Shown: one piece after another, positions 48,482 through 58,832 of the stretch
Layout: each line of letters starts with the position of its first letter
Numbering within the stretch: the stretch's first letter is position 1
Assembly (NCBI GenBank): GCA_020348985.1
Contig: CP070761.1
Span: 2,563,445-2,627,444, forward strand
Length of the DNA: 64,000 nucleotides
From: Candidatus Thorarchaeota archaeon
Lineage (GTDB): Archaea; Asgardarchaeota; Thorarchaeia; Thorarchaeales; Thorarchaeaceae
Direction of reading: 5' to 3'
Program-made: the position numbers and the translations under genes
Notes under the pieces: generated by a model
What the model was told of the DNA's origin: nothing
What the model saw: only the letters and a program-made list of their open reading frames with translations
Databases searched by the model: none

Positions 48482-49873
48482 ATGAGTCCGCATCAGAAAG
48501 GCAGAGAAAAAGTAGCCCGAGCAGCAGCCCTATCGGTAGGTGCAGCCACACTCTTGACCATTCTGAAGTTAATTGCGGGCATAATAACTGGTTCCCTGGG
48601 CGTACTTTCAGAAGCACTTCACAGCGGCCTGGATTTGATTGCTGCAGGCATTACATTTCTTGCTGTGCGTAAGGCATCCGCTCTGCCTGATTACGATCAC
48701 CAGTACGGACACGGCAAGATTGAGAATTTCGCTGCGCTTGCTGAAACAATCATCCTTTGGCTAACATCCGCGTGGATTGTTCTTGAGGCAGTTAGAAGAA
48801 TTCAGTATCAGGAATGGGTGGAAGGCAGTGTCATCGGAATTAGTGTTATGGTAGTGAGTATCATAGTAACAAGATGGCAAAGCAGTATGCTAAACCGAAC
48901 TGCATCGGAGCACGGCAGCCAAGCACTTGAAGCTGATGCCCTCCATTTTGGTGCTGATATGATTAGCTCCATGGTCGTTCTAGCTGGGCTTGGGTTTGTG
49001 TATCTAGGCATTCCGATTGCTGACCCCATTGCGGCCATTGGAGTTGCTATTGTCATAGTTGTTGTATCGTTTCAATTGGGGAGACGTGCGTTCGATATTC
49101 TCGTTGACAGCGCGCCACAGGGACTTAGGGAAAGGATAGAGGAGAAGGCATTGGCAGTTGATGGTGTTCATCACTGCAAACGTGTAAGAGCGAGGATGTC
49201 GGGCCCAGAGCTCTTCATAGACGTTGTGCTTGCAGTAGATGAGGGACATTCAGTGAGTGAAGCTAAGACAATTGGCGAACTGGTGGAGAGGACTCTCGAA
49301 GATCTAGCGCCGAAAGTGGACGTGGTAGTTCAGCTTGAACCAATAGACTTGCCGAATGCGATTCTCGAAGACAACGTGTATTCAACCCTTCAGCAGTTGG
49401 CTAGAATGCGGTCAGACATCAAGAGCATTCACAATGTTAGTGTTCTTGTTATGATTGAGGGAACGCACATAATTGCCGATTTGGAGATGGATGCGACTCT
49501 CACCCTAAACGAGGCTCATCAAACCTCAGAAGAGCTTGAGCATTCTATCAAGTCAAGTATACAGTCAATCTCTCAAGTCACTTTTCACTTGGAGTCTGCC
49601 GGAAACGAAACTCCTGCACATGATATTACTGCGATAAGCGATGAGATGGTCCAGCAAATCGAAAGAATCGTTGAATTGGAGACTCCAGCAGAAGAATGTC
49701 ATGAAGTTAGAATCAGTGAAGACAAGCATGGATTAGTGGTGTCACTCGAGTGCGAATTGGATGGAACGGCGACTCTTCAATTCAGCCATGAGGTTGCCGA
49801 TCGTATAGAGCTTCTGGTCAAGAGGGCCTTTTCAAGGGTGAATGAAGTTATAGTCCATGTAGAGCCTCGTTGA
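48482..49873 (+). CDS. Cation diffusion facilitator with three C-terminal dimerisation domains
   Basis: SEALHSGLD, YGHGKIE, ADALHFGAD; three repeats ending VQLEP / FHLES / VHVEP. Confidence 0.9.
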   Translation: MSPHQKGREKVARAAALSVGAATLLTILKLIAGIITGSLGVLSEALHSGLDLIAAGITFLAVRKASALPDYDHQYGHGKIENFAALAETIILWLTSAWIVLEAVRRIQYQEWVEGSVIGISVMVVSIIVTRWQSSMLNRTASEHGSQALEADALHFGADMISSMVVLAGLGFVYLGIPIADPIAAIGVAIVIVVVSFQLGRRAFDILVDSAPQGLRERIEEKALAVDGVHHCKRVRARMSGPELFIDVVLAVDEGHSVSEAKTIGELVERTLEDLAPKVDVVVQLEPIDLPNAILEDNVYSTLQQLARMRSDIKSIHNVSVLVMIEGTHIIADLEMDATLTLNEAHQTSEELEHSIKSSIQSISQVTFHLESAGNETPAHDITAISDEMVQQIERIVELETPAEECHEVRISEDKHGLVVSLECELDGTATLQFSHEVADRIELLVKRAFSRVNEVIVHVEPR

Positions 49874-49923
49874 CTCAAAGTTAATAATCGACCCAACCCT
49901 TCATGAAATGGGGTTCTAGTGTA

Positions 49924-50709
49924 ATGGATGAGGAATGTGAAGCGAAAATCCTGGGTTCTCCAGAGGCGAAAGTCGTACAAACCAAGGAGGTAGACGTAGA
50001 GCAGCCCTTGCTAGTGTGCTGTTTCCCTTCAGCGGGAGTTGTGGGAACAATCGCGGCCAACACAATCATCGAGCAATTCGATATGGAGGAGATTGCTCAT
50101 GTCAGATCCAGGTACATGCCTTCAGCAGCAGTCTTCATGGACGGCAGACTGCGTCATCCTTTCAGAATCTACGGAAAGCCTGAGAGGAATCTTCTCGTAG
50201 TGACTGCAGAGCTTCCTATTGCTGAAGATGGACTCTACTACGTAAGCTCGGCACTTCTTGACTGGGCAGCGAGCATAGGTGTCAAAGAGACAGTGATTCT
50301 TGATGGAATCCCCGTGCAGGGGATTCCTCTGGAGCGCAAAGTCTTGTATGCCGCTGAAGAGGAGAAGCTTGCGGATCTGGAAGGCGACGAGCATTTGGAG
50401 ATTCTGCAGAAGGGGGTCATTTCGGGAATCGCAGGTTCCATCTTGACAGAGACACTCTGCAGAGCCATGATAGGATTTGCTTTGTTGACTCCCGCAATCG
50501 CTGTTGTTCCCGATCCAGAAGGAGCCATATTGCTGCTTCAGGCACTAAACAGACTATATGACTTTGGTGTGGAAGTTAGCGAATTGCAGGAGAGTGCCGA
50601 CAACATCAGGAAAAAGATGGAAGAAATGGCACAGCAAGTTGATGGAATACGCAGAAGCCAGACAGGGGCTAGCCGGCACTCCGACGCTTATGAGAGAATG
50701 TTCGCTTGA
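49924..50709 (+). CDS. PAC2 family proteasome assembly chaperone
   Basis: FPSAGVVGTIAA, PFRIY, GIAGSIL, PDPEGA. Confidence 0.88.
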   Translation: MDEECEAKILGSPEAKVVQTKEVDVEQPLLVCCFPSAGVVGTIAANTIIEQFDMEEIAHVRSRYMPSAAVFMDGRLRHPFRIYGKPERNLLVVTAELPIAEDGLYYVSSALLDWAASIGVKETVILDGIPVQGIPLERKVLYAAEEEKLADLEGDEHLEILQKGVISGIAGSILTETLCRAMIGFALLTPAIAVVPDPEGAILLLQALNRLYDFGVEVSELQESADNIRKKMEEMAQQVDGIRRSQTGASRHSDAYERMFA

Positions 50710-50715
50710 GGAGAC

Positions 50716-51273
50716 CTAATCAGAACAGGTATCATAGGCTTCCTTAGCGCCCTCTGCATTCTTTTCGCCCACTTTGCCGGACCACTTCTCAGTTATCACT
50801 TTCTGAATGGTCTCCAACTTCACTAGACCTGTAGCCTTCGCAAATGCACCCAGCATTGTGGTGTTTACAACAGGCAAGCCCGCAACTAGAAGCCCATGTT
50901 TCAGTGCGATTCCAGTGCCATCGTAGGTGTAGACATGCCCCTTCGGAAGATCGATTTCGCTTGCACTCTTCGGGGAATTGATGACTATCTTCCCACCTTC
51001 TTTCAGTCCTTCCGCGACATCGATTACATCAATTATCGATTCGTCAAGCACCGTAACGATATCTGGGGTGTACACCTGGCTTCGGACGTTGACCTCTTCA
51101 TCAGAGATTCGAGTGAAAGCTCTCACAGGTGCCCCTCTTCTCTCGGCCCCAAAATAGGGGAATGCTTGCACCCCCTTGTAACCATCGTAGTAGGCAGCTT
51201 TCGCAAGTAGTTCGGCGGACGTTACGCCACCTTGCCCGCCGCGCCCGTGCCATCTAATCTCAATCATCGGCAT
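50716..51273 (-). CDS. porG: Pyruvate/2-oxoacid:ferredoxin oxidoreductase gamma subunit
   Basis: EIRWHGRGGQG, FGAERRGAPV, NTTMLGA. Confidence 0.9.
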   Translation of the reverse strand: MPMIEIRWHGRGGQGGVTSAELLAKAAYYDGYKGVQAFPYFGAERRGAPVRAFTRISDEEVNVRSQVYTPDIVTVLDESIIDVIDVAEGLKEGGKIVINSPKSASEIDLPKGHVYTYDGTGIALKHGLLVAGLPVVNTTMLGAFAKATGLVKLETIQKVITEKWSGKVGEKNAEGAKEAYDTCSD

Positions 51274-51376
51274 TGGGATAGCTCCTTGTGATCTCCCTCA
51301 GTCAACCTGACGCCGACATCGGCAAGACAAAACCTTTTCGCTGTACGTTTGCTAGACCACATGAAGAGGCTGAGGA

Positions 51377-51859
51377 ATGAACATTCTGTTTGTGTGTACA
51401 GGGAACACAGGTCGTAGCGTCATGAGTGAGGCAATCTTCAATTCGCTGGCAATCGAGAATGAAGACATGCACGTAGGACGAGTTCACGCGCAATCGGCCG
51501 GTGTGAATGCTAGCATGGGAAAAGAACCAGAGAACCTTGCTGTGGAAATAATGGCCGAACACGGTATCGATATCAGACAGCACACCTCAAGACCAGTTAC
51601 CCTCGAGCTTATACAAGATTCAGATTTGGTTTTGACACTCGAACAAAGACACAAGGACATCATTCTGGAAATGCTCAAAGACGAGAATCAGGACATGCGT
51701 GACAAGGTATGCACATTGACAGGCTATGTAGGGGAGTCAGGAGATGTTGAGGACTGCTATGGTAAGGAGTTTCAAGCTTACAAACAATGTGCGGACAGAC
51801 TCACTCATCTCATCACCAACCTGATCAGGAAGCTCAGCCAGGAATCCTCGTGTACCTGA
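51377..51859 (+). CDS. Low-molecular-weight protein phosphatase family protein
   Basis: FVCTGNTGRS P-loop, SAG, DVEDCYG. Confidence 0.88.
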   Translation: MNILFVCTGNTGRSVMSEAIFNSLAIENEDMHVGRVHAQSAGVNASMGKEPENLAVEIMAEHGIDIRQHTSRPVTLELIQDSDLVLTLEQRHKDIILEMLKDENQDMRDKVCTLTGYVGESGDVEDCYGKEFQAYKQCADRLTHLITNLIRKLSQESSCT

Positions 51860-51870
51860 GAAGGCTGGCT

Positions 51871-53244
51871 CTAATCGCCAATTCGTTTAAAGAGAGTTTT
51901 CGCAACTCCTTCTGCCGAGTTGGCTGCCTGTTGGAGGCCAACTCCCTCCCCTGCAGTATCCGTCCCCACGATGTAGAGACCTTCTATTGGGGTCTCAGGA
52001 CCAGGTCTATCTAAAGCAGTCTGGCCTGGAATCAGTGCAGCCCTTGTGGCGTATGACACTTGAACGTGTTGCATCTCAATGTGGTCAAGTATCTCGGGAT
52101 GGACAATGCGAAGAACCTTTTCTCTAACTTCCTCAACTTTGGCCTCTCTTGTTTCATCTTCCCGAATGACTGTAGCTACTCCAACAAGCTCCTTGCCTTT
52201 GGGAGCGCAGGAGGGATCAAAGCTCGACAGAGAGATGATCCATGTATTTGGGTTGGGGTGAACGATAACTCTTGACTTGCGGTCACCAATCACGACTTCA
52301 CTCAGACCAAGCCATATCGTCAGGCCTTTGGTGTATTTCATGTTGGACCACTTCTTGAAGAACTCTTGGTCCTCGGTACGGTCTGAGTCTACAATTCCTG
52401 GCATGAACCATAACGGAATGTTGCTAACAATGAAGGGGTGTTGAAACTCACGACCGCCTGCAACGAAATGACTAACCTTCCCATCCCGAGCAACGATTCT
52501 CTCCACTGGGACATTTAGGACATAGTCACCACTGATGGCATCTACAACACGTTCGACTAGATTCTGCATTCCCCCGATGACATATCCTTCATCATATTCA
52601 CTAGAACCAAAAATCAATCTCTTTGCAGAGCCAAGTTTGGATGATTCTTTATCGGTATCCTTCAGCGTGCGCAAGGCTTCGTATGCGGAAGCTTCGTCTA
52701 TTGGCACACCAGCAGCCATGAAGATTGCACTCTGCATCACATCAAGTATAACCTGGTTATCGGCGCCCCGTGACATCATGAATTCGAGAAAAGTGATGTC
52801 CTTGTACTTGCGCATTTCTTCCAATTTCATAGTCTTGATTCTAGCACCAATTCTTGCAAGCCCAAGTCGACCTCGAAGATCGGTGAGTGGCCATCTCAGG
52901 GTTTCGCCTATGGTTGATGGAATTGTCCCCACCTTATCGTGGACTCTGAAAAACCATCCTTCATGTAACACAAACTCGGGAGGAGGATCCAAGTAGGTAC
53001 GCAGAAACCTAGTAAAAGCTCCGTGTTTCACTCTGGTAATGACATGCAGGCCTTGATCTACACGAAAATCGCCCACGCGATAGCCGTGCCAAACTCCACC
53101 CAGGCGGCTCTCTTTCTCAAGAATCAGTATTCTCTTCCCGTTGGCCGAAAGAGCAAGGGAAGTGAGCAGACCTCCTGCGCCAGCACCAAGAACAACTGCG
53201 TCGTATTTGCTGACATCAATTTCGTCAATGGAGGTTTGTTGCAT
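51871..53244 (-). CDS. FAD-dependent oxidoreductase (phytoene dehydrogenase-like)
   Basis: GAGAGG, EK...GG, GGMQ, PIEGLYIVG. Confidence 0.82.
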   Translation of the reverse strand: MQQTSIDEIDVSKYDAVVLGAGAGGLLTSLALSANGKRILILEKESRLGGVWHGYRVGDFRVDQGLHVITRVKHGAFTRFLRTYLDPPPEFVLHEGWFFRVHDKVGTIPSTIGETLRWPLTDLRGRLGLARIGARIKTMKLEEMRKYKDITFLEFMMSRGADNQVILDVMQSAIFMAAGVPIDEASAYEALRTLKDTDKESSKLGSAKRLIFGSSEYDEGYVIGGMQNLVERVVDAISGDYVLNVPVERIVARDGKVSHFVAGGREFQHPFIVSNIPLWFMPGIVDSDRTEDQEFFKKWSNMKYTKGLTIWLGLSEVVIGDRKSRVIVHPNPNTWIISLSSFDPSCAPKGKELVGVATVIREDETREAKVEEVREKVLRIVHPEILDHIEMQHVQVSYATRAALIPGQTALDRPGPETPIEGLYIVGTDTAGEGVGLQQAANSAEGVAKTLFKRIGD

Positions 53245-53318
53245 GGCCTACTCAGCTCAATGGGACTGAGTTTCCTACTTAAGGATGACTCAATATTTCT
53301 GGATGTCTACTGGCTTTG

Positions 53319-54422
53319 CTATAGCTGTTCAACACAGCGGGATTCACTTGACGATCGATAGGCGGCATCCACAACTTTGTGTGCGGCGATAGCATCCATG
53401 AAGTCAGGACTTGGTGCGTTGCCCGATAGGATTGCCTTCAGAAACGAGTATGATAGAGCCGCATATCTCTCGCTGCCGACCTCAGTCAATACCTCAACAA
53501 CGTCTGGCGATAGCTTCTTCTCAACAAGACCAAGATGATTCAGAAGTGTTGATCTCGTTTCGATCTCGGAAACACGTACAGGACTCTGTCCCTGAAGCTG
53601 ATAGTCAAGGAATCGTTTCTCGGACTCCAGGGCTATTCCCATGTACCCCTTTTCGAAGAAGAACTCGATTCTTCTTTCATTTGGTCGTTCGACCCAGTGC
53701 CAGATAGAGTCCAGAGTGCTGACGGCTCCATCTTTATGAGTCATGATGAGTGAAGCTTGGTCTTCCACTTCTCTCCCAGCAAAGAAACCAATCTTGGCAT
53801 AAACACTCTCAACATCACCCAGAAACCATTGAAGAATATCTATGTCGTGAATACTGTGTTCAATCAAGGTTCCTCCGCCCGCGATCGATCGGTCGCCTCG
53901 CCATTTGGAGTAGTAGATATAGTCGACCGGAAAGCGCTGATCATCACGAATATGCGCCAATATGGGTTTGCCAAAGTCATGCTTGGCCAAGAGATTCTTC
54001 GCGTAGAGCAGAAGCTGGTCCAAGCGTAGTACCAACCCGACGCCAGCCATGACGCCAGCATCCTTTGTTACCATAAGAAGCTCTCTAGCTTGTGGAGTGC
54101 TATGAGCAAGGGGTTTCTCGCAAAAGACATGCTTGCCAGCCTTCGCAGTCGCTTTTACCATATCGCCGTGTTTGCTAGTGGGGGTGCACACGTATACAAT
54201 GTTAACCCCCTCATCATTGATTAGACCCTCATAGTCCTCATAGACGGTCTCAACTCCGAAGAGTTCAGCTGCTTCTTTGAGAGACTTTGGGTCGCTGTCA
54301 CAGAGCGCAGAGATTTGAACATTGACCAGCCCAGCCTCAATCAGAGAAGAAATACCAGTAAGATGGATCCTGCCTACGTTCCCAGTTCCTATAAGCCCAA
54401 GCCCAATTCGTTCCTTGGTCAC
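53319..54422 (-). CDS. Gfo/Idh/MocA oxidoreductase
   Basis: GTGNVG, CEKP, GGGTLIEHSIHDID. Confidence 0.9.
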   Translation of the reverse strand: MTKERIGLGLIGTGNVGRIHLTGISSLIEAGLVNVQISALCDSDPKSLKEAAELFGVETVYEDYEGLINDEGVNIVYVCTPTSKHGDMVKATAKAGKHVFCEKPLAHSTPQARELLMVTKDAGVMAGVGLVLRLDQLLLYAKNLLAKHDFGKPILAHIRDDQRFPVDYIYYSKWRGDRSIAGGGTLIEHSIHDIDILQWFLGDVESVYAKIGFFAGREVEDQASLIMTHKDGAVSTLDSIWHWVERPNERRIEFFFEKGYMGIALESEKRFLDYQLQGQSPVRVSEIETRSTLLNHLGLVEKKLSPDVVEVLTEVGSERYAALSYSFLKAILSGNAPSPDFMDAIAAHKVVDAAYRSSSESRCVEQL

Positions 54423-54574
54423 CGGCTCTCCACTACCGGAAGTGACTTTGGTTTTGTTCTATTTGAGTCTTCTCTGAGATGCATCAAGAACAGAACCCGG
54501 GCAATACAATGGAATTAATATACAGTCTCACTTGATTCGAACAAGCGCAGAATAACAGGCCAGGTGGTTCACGG

Positions 54575-56413
54575 GTGGCTTCTGAACAAGAACGGCTCAA
54601 ACAGGCAAGAGAAGAGCTAGGCAAAGGAAACAGAGAAGCCGCCGCCAAGATTCTGATCGAGGTTGCTGACAAGCTGTCTGGTCAGGGAGACTACAAGGGA
54701 GCAGCTGGAATCTATGAGGAGGCAGCCCAAATCTATCGTGAGAACTACATGGCCGACGAGTGTTTTCAGAGCTTTGACAATGCAATACTCATGTATGTGA
54801 GACAGGGATCCGAGCCTGAGACCCTAAAGGAGATTGTCAGAGTAGCCAAAATGGCTGCCAACATTGCCGAAGAGGCAGAAGAGTTCAAGAGAGCAGCAGA
54901 CTATTACTTCCGTGGAACAGACTTTGCTACTGATGAAGAGAAGGAACCTCTTCTCATTGGTGCAGCTGATGCCTTGGAGAATCTTGCTGACGTCCGGGAG
55001 GAGGAGGGTAGATTCGAAGATGCAGTCTCTCTACTCAAAAAGGTAGGGAGGTTGTTCTTTTCAGTTCAAGATGAGGAGCTCGGAGAGAGGATTTACGAGC
55101 GAGCAATCAAATTGGCACATCAATGGGCTGATACCGCAAAGGGAGACAAGGATTACGTATCTGCTGGGAACGCACTAGCAGAAGCTGCACAAATCATGCA
55201 GTCGAGGGGCGAGTCGCCCGAATCTCCTCGGCTTCTTATGGCCGCTGGGGGGCTATACGAGCAGGCAGGGCTTCTGGAGAAGGCAGGAAACATCTATGAT
55301 GCTGCCCGAGAGGCCTATGTAGCTTTGAGAAATACCTCAGCCAGAAAGATGGCCATGACTAAAGCTGCAGAAGCATATCTGAAAATGGAGGGCAGACAGG
55401 AGATTGTAGCTCCTCTACTAATGAAAGCAGGTGCACTGTTCAAGGAGTTGGGGAGTGTCAAGGCCAAATGGGCGTACAAACGGGCGAATGAAATCTTCCA
55501 AGAGCTTGCTTCGAAGGCTGCCAAAGATGGTGAAACAGAATCTGAGAAGACGTATCTCAGATACAGGGCAATGTGCCTTAGGGAGTGGGGAAGCCTCGAT
55601 GAGGCTGAAGCAGTCTACAGAACCGTTATTGACTACTTCCTAACCCAGGCAAAGAACGAGGCAGAGCAAGGAAACAAGGAGAATCAGGCAGTTTCCTTGG
55701 AAGAGGCCGCGAAGGTCTTGCTTGAATCGGGTCAGGAGGGTGAAGCTAGAACACGTCTCGAAGAGGCTCTTGGCATATACGTTGATCTGGCAGAAGAGGC
55801 TGCAGAAGGAGAACAGCCTGACGAAGCCTCAAAACACTATAGCAAGGCTGCAACATGTGCCATGAATCTTGGCAACAATGAAAGAGCTGCCGAATTACAC
55901 GAAGTAGCAAGTGAGAAAGCTCTGAGGGCAGCCAAACTCTACGAAGAACTTGATGTCGGCGAGTTGGCTGTCATCTGGATAAGGACAGCTGGCATGGAAG
56001 CACTGAAGACTAACAATCCGGAGTTCGTTGACAAAGCTATTGGCCTATTTCGTCAATCATCTGCCGGCTTCGAGAAGATAAAGGAACCACGAGAGGCCTT
56101 TGAAGATATCTTCACGATTTTCGAGACTTTGTTCCTTCATAGACCTGATGCACGTTCTGAAATATCGGCAGTTCTTCTGGACGCAGAACAAATCTCACGA
56201 CACACGCGTGATGACCGCCTAATGGTCTTGAGTGCGATTCTCATTGCATTAGACAGTGGAAGTCACGTGGCTGCGCTTCTTGCACTGCAGGAGAGAGAGG
56301 AAGAACTAGCAGACAAACGAGATAGGATAGTCAAACTGATAGAACAGTCGAAGTTGGTCAGAAAGACCGAGACTGAAAAGGCCAAAGGCCGCACACACTG
56401 GCTTTACAAGTGA
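54575..56413 (+). CDS. Long alpha-SNAP/TPR-like helical solenoid
   Basis: Recurring AAxxYxxAA helices (GAAGIYEEAAQIY, RAADYY, SAGNALAEAA, EASKHYSKAA) across 612 aa. Confidence 0.7.
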   Translation: MASEQERLKQAREELGKGNREAAAKILIEVADKLSGQGDYKGAAGIYEEAAQIYRENYMADECFQSFDNAILMYVRQGSEPETLKEIVRVAKMAANIAEEAEEFKRAADYYFRGTDFATDEEKEPLLIGAADALENLADVREEEGRFEDAVSLLKKVGRLFFSVQDEELGERIYERAIKLAHQWADTAKGDKDYVSAGNALAEAAQIMQSRGESPESPRLLMAAGGLYEQAGLLEKAGNIYDAAREAYVALRNTSARKMAMTKAAEAYLKMEGRQEIVAPLLMKAGALFKELGSVKAKWAYKRANEIFQELASKAAKDGETESEKTYLRYRAMCLREWGSLDEAEAVYRTVIDYFLTQAKNEAEQGNKENQAVSLEEAAKVLLESGQEGEARTRLEEALGIYVDLAEEAAEGEQPDEASKHYSKAATCAMNLGNNERAAELHEVASEKALRAAKLYEELDVGELAVIWIRTAGMEALKTNNPEFVDKAIGLFRQSSAGFEKIKEPREAFEDIFTIFETLFLHRPDARSEISAVLLDAEQISRHTRDDRLMVLSAILIALDSGSHVAALLALQEREEELADKRDRIVKLIEQSKLVRKTETEKAKGRTHWLYK

Positions 56414-56501
56414 AGGTATCATCCGAATCCGACCCGAAGTACCAGAGATCAAGCAGAAGCGTTATCACAACCAAGTATCAACGCATTAGGTGTGGAACGC
56501 A

Positions 56502-56921
56502 ATGAGTGTATACCAAGACAGGATTAGTCTTCAGACTAAAGGCAATAGCCACATGTTAGACATAACAAATCAGACGGAACGAATTGTGAGTGAAAGTGGT
56601 TTGCGGTCGGGAATCTGTACAGTATTCTGTGTTGGTTCGACAGGATCCATCATCACAATCGAGTTCGAAGGTGGGCTGATAAAGGACTTTCCAGAAGCCA
56701 TGGAGAGAATTGCTCCAGAAGGCGCATCGTACGAGCACGAATTGCGATGGCATGATGGAAACGGGCACTCTCACGTAAAAGCCTCGATAATCGGACCGAG
56801 TCTTACCGTTCCGTTTACAGATGGCAAGCTTACTTTGGGTACATGGCAGCAAATCGCGTTTGTAGATTTTGATAGCAAACCAAGAAGTAGAAATCTTGAG
56901 GTCACTGTTCTGGGAGAGTAG
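56502..56921 (+). CDS. yjbQ: YjbQ/UPF0047 family protein
   Basis: GNGHSHVKAS, LGTWQQI, DFD. Confidence 0.9.
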   Translation: MSVYQDRISLQTKGNSHMLDITNQTERIVSESGLRSGICTVFCVGSTGSIITIEFEGGLIKDFPEAMERIAPEGASYEHELRWHDGNGHSHVKASIIGPSLTVPFTDGKLTLGTWQQIAFVDFDSKPRSRNLEVTVLGE

Positions 56922-57191
56922 CTAGAATAGTTCTGGTTCTCTGTCTAGGTCCCATGAAAGTTCTCTTGTGCTTGAAGTGGGCGTTGATTCACGTATCTTC
57001 AGCGCCAGATAATGAATCCGAAGAGCCCGTCGAAGTCTATGCAGGTGGTATGGGGCGTTCCATCCAGGAGGACCCGTTTTGTAACTTATCGAATCGCAAA
57101 AATCTCGAATCGTGTCCAGCTCTTTTTTTACGTGAGCCTTGATGTCCTCGAGGTCGCGATCGATTGTTAATGCAGAATAATCATCTGACAT
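56922..57191 (-). CDS. Hypothetical protein
   Basis: 89-aa ORF from ATG 57191; no recognised motif. Confidence 0.5.
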   Translation of the reverse strand: MSDDYSALTIDRDLEDIKAHVKKELDTIRDFCDSISYKTGPPGWNAPYHLHRLRRALRIHYLALKIRESTPTSSTRELSWDLDREPELF

Positions 57192-57266
57192 CGTGGATTC
57201 CTCTATCAGAGGAACGGTGAAAGATGAGCAGATAACTAGGAGTATCACATGGGTATTACTACAATC

Positions 57267-57791
57267 TCATCGCAAATTGCGCTTATGCTTAACACGTCTC
57301 TTCATTTCCGTGCCACAAATTGGACAGTCCATTTGACGAGTCTCTTTCTCTTCAACTTGATTACAGGCAGGGCATTGAAGAAACCATTGACGTCCCTCTT
57401 TCATCTGACCCTTGGGGTCAAGAACTTCAAGACCGAGGTAGATCGCTGTGTTCAGGAGTGCCAGATCGGAAGACACGACAACTATCCCCCCTTCGAGTCT
57501 CTCAATCTCAAGAGCATAGGCAATCAGCTCAATGTCTGCATGAGACAGGACAGGAATGTCCCCGGATTCTTCTGCGGCATCTTCAACCTGCTTGAGTGAC
57601 TCTCTTCCTGGCGAACCAATTCGAAGTCGTCCTAGACCAATCAGGGTCTCAGTCCTCTGGCGAGTCGGCCGATTTCGAATCTCGTCGAGGATTCTGTCGG
57701 TTGTGGCAAACATAGCTTCAGGTTGTTGCTGCGTCCACATAGAGAACAGAGTGCCTGCATCAACAATATAGAGTGGCGCCATGAAATGCAC
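57267..57791 (-). CDS. nob1: Nob1-like PIN endoribonuclease with Zn ribbon
   Basis: IVDAG, DEI, LSHADIELIA, SSD acidic residues; CPAC...CPICG. Confidence 0.82.
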   Translation of the reverse strand: MHFMAPLYIVDAGTLFSMWTQQQPEAMFATTDRILDEIRNRPTRQRTETLIGLGRLRIGSPGRESLKQVEDAAEESGDIPVLSHADIELIAYALEIERLEGGIVVVSSDLALLNTAIYLGLEVLDPKGQMKEGRQWFLQCPACNQVEEKETRQMDCPICGTEMKRRVKHKRNLR

Positions 57792-58673
57792 CTATAGAGT
57801 CCTTGGGACGAGCCTTGTGTTGATTCGATCCCAGTAGTTGTCGTACAGCCTAATAAAACGGCTTACGCTATCTGACTTCTTTATCCAAACAGTTTCACTG
57901 GGTTCTATGATATACTGAACCTGCCCATCGACTACTGCGAGACCCGGAGCGTCGGGCTTGTCCAATTCTAGTTCAACAACACACCAATCGGGTATCACGA
58001 GAGACTTGAGTTCAAAACGCGGAGGGCACACTGGAACGAATATGAGTCCATTGACATCTCTAGCAAGGATAGACCCCCCTGCGGCGAGGGCATATGCTGA
58101 AGATCCTGTGGGTGTTGCAACCATAGCTCCATCAGCACGTCCATAGTCAACTAGGACACCATCAATACGAACTTTGAAAGTGAGTAGACGGCCAGGGGTA
58201 CGAGAGACTACATAGACCTCGTTGAGGGCATTCTCGAAGACGCGGTCTCCGACACCGGAAGATAGGTTGGAATTCTGAATCACAATGCACTCACCTGAGA
58301 GAACCTTCTTCAAATCGTCAACAGCGTTCTCAGTGCTACTTTCTGTCAGGAAACCGACCTTTCCGCGATTGACGCAGAAGAGAGGTTTCTGCCGATCACT
58401 TAGCCTGGAAAGAGTATACAGGATGGTTCCGTCACCGCCAACTGTGATGACAAAATCTACATCGAATTCCTCAATTTCTCGGGTCTCCGCTTTGCCGTGG
58501 GCCATCTTGCAGGACCTGCTGTCAACTTGAACTTCGATGTCCTGTGACTGAATAAACTCGACAAGGTTGGTTGCAGTCTTTTCAATCTCAGGCCTTCCAG
58601 GACGACAAACGAGACCCACTGCTCTTTTATCAGACAGTATCGAAGGATTGTCCTCTATCAAGAGATGGCACAT
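57792..58673 (-). CDS. nadK: NAD kinase
   Basis: GGDGT, GFL, LNE, ATPTGSSAYALAAGG, DGQ. Confidence 0.93.
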   Translation of the reverse strand: MCHLLIEDNPSILSDKRAVGLVCRPGRPEIEKTATNLVEFIQSQDIEVQVDSRSCKMAHGKAETREIEEFDVDFVITVGGDGTILYTLSRLSDRQKPLFCVNRGKVGFLTESSTENAVDDLKKVLSGECIVIQNSNLSSGVGDRVFENALNEVYVVSRTPGRLLTFKVRIDGVLVDYGRADGAMVATPTGSSAYALAAGGSILARDVNGLIFVPVCPPRFELKSLVIPDWCVVELELDKPDAPGLAVVDGQVQYIIEPSETVWIKKSDSVSRFIRLYDNYWDRINTRLVPRTL

Positions 58674-58832
58674 CCAGCCACACCCTCCTTGCAGTTCCCT
58701 TTTACTCTTGTTGTTTCATTGTGTCACAAACGATGATGCTTCTGAGTCCAAGTGAGACGGTAAAGTATATCTTTGAGTCAGAGTGTAGTCGCACGGCGTC
58801 GTCTGACGAACAGAGGAGCACTGGTGGTTTGT

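Noticed and set aside
51848-51874. C-terminal Cys-Thr-UGA of the LMW phosphatase as a Sec codon
   Set aside because: Domain is complete, no SECIS-like structure follows, and the convergent gene ends 12 nt away
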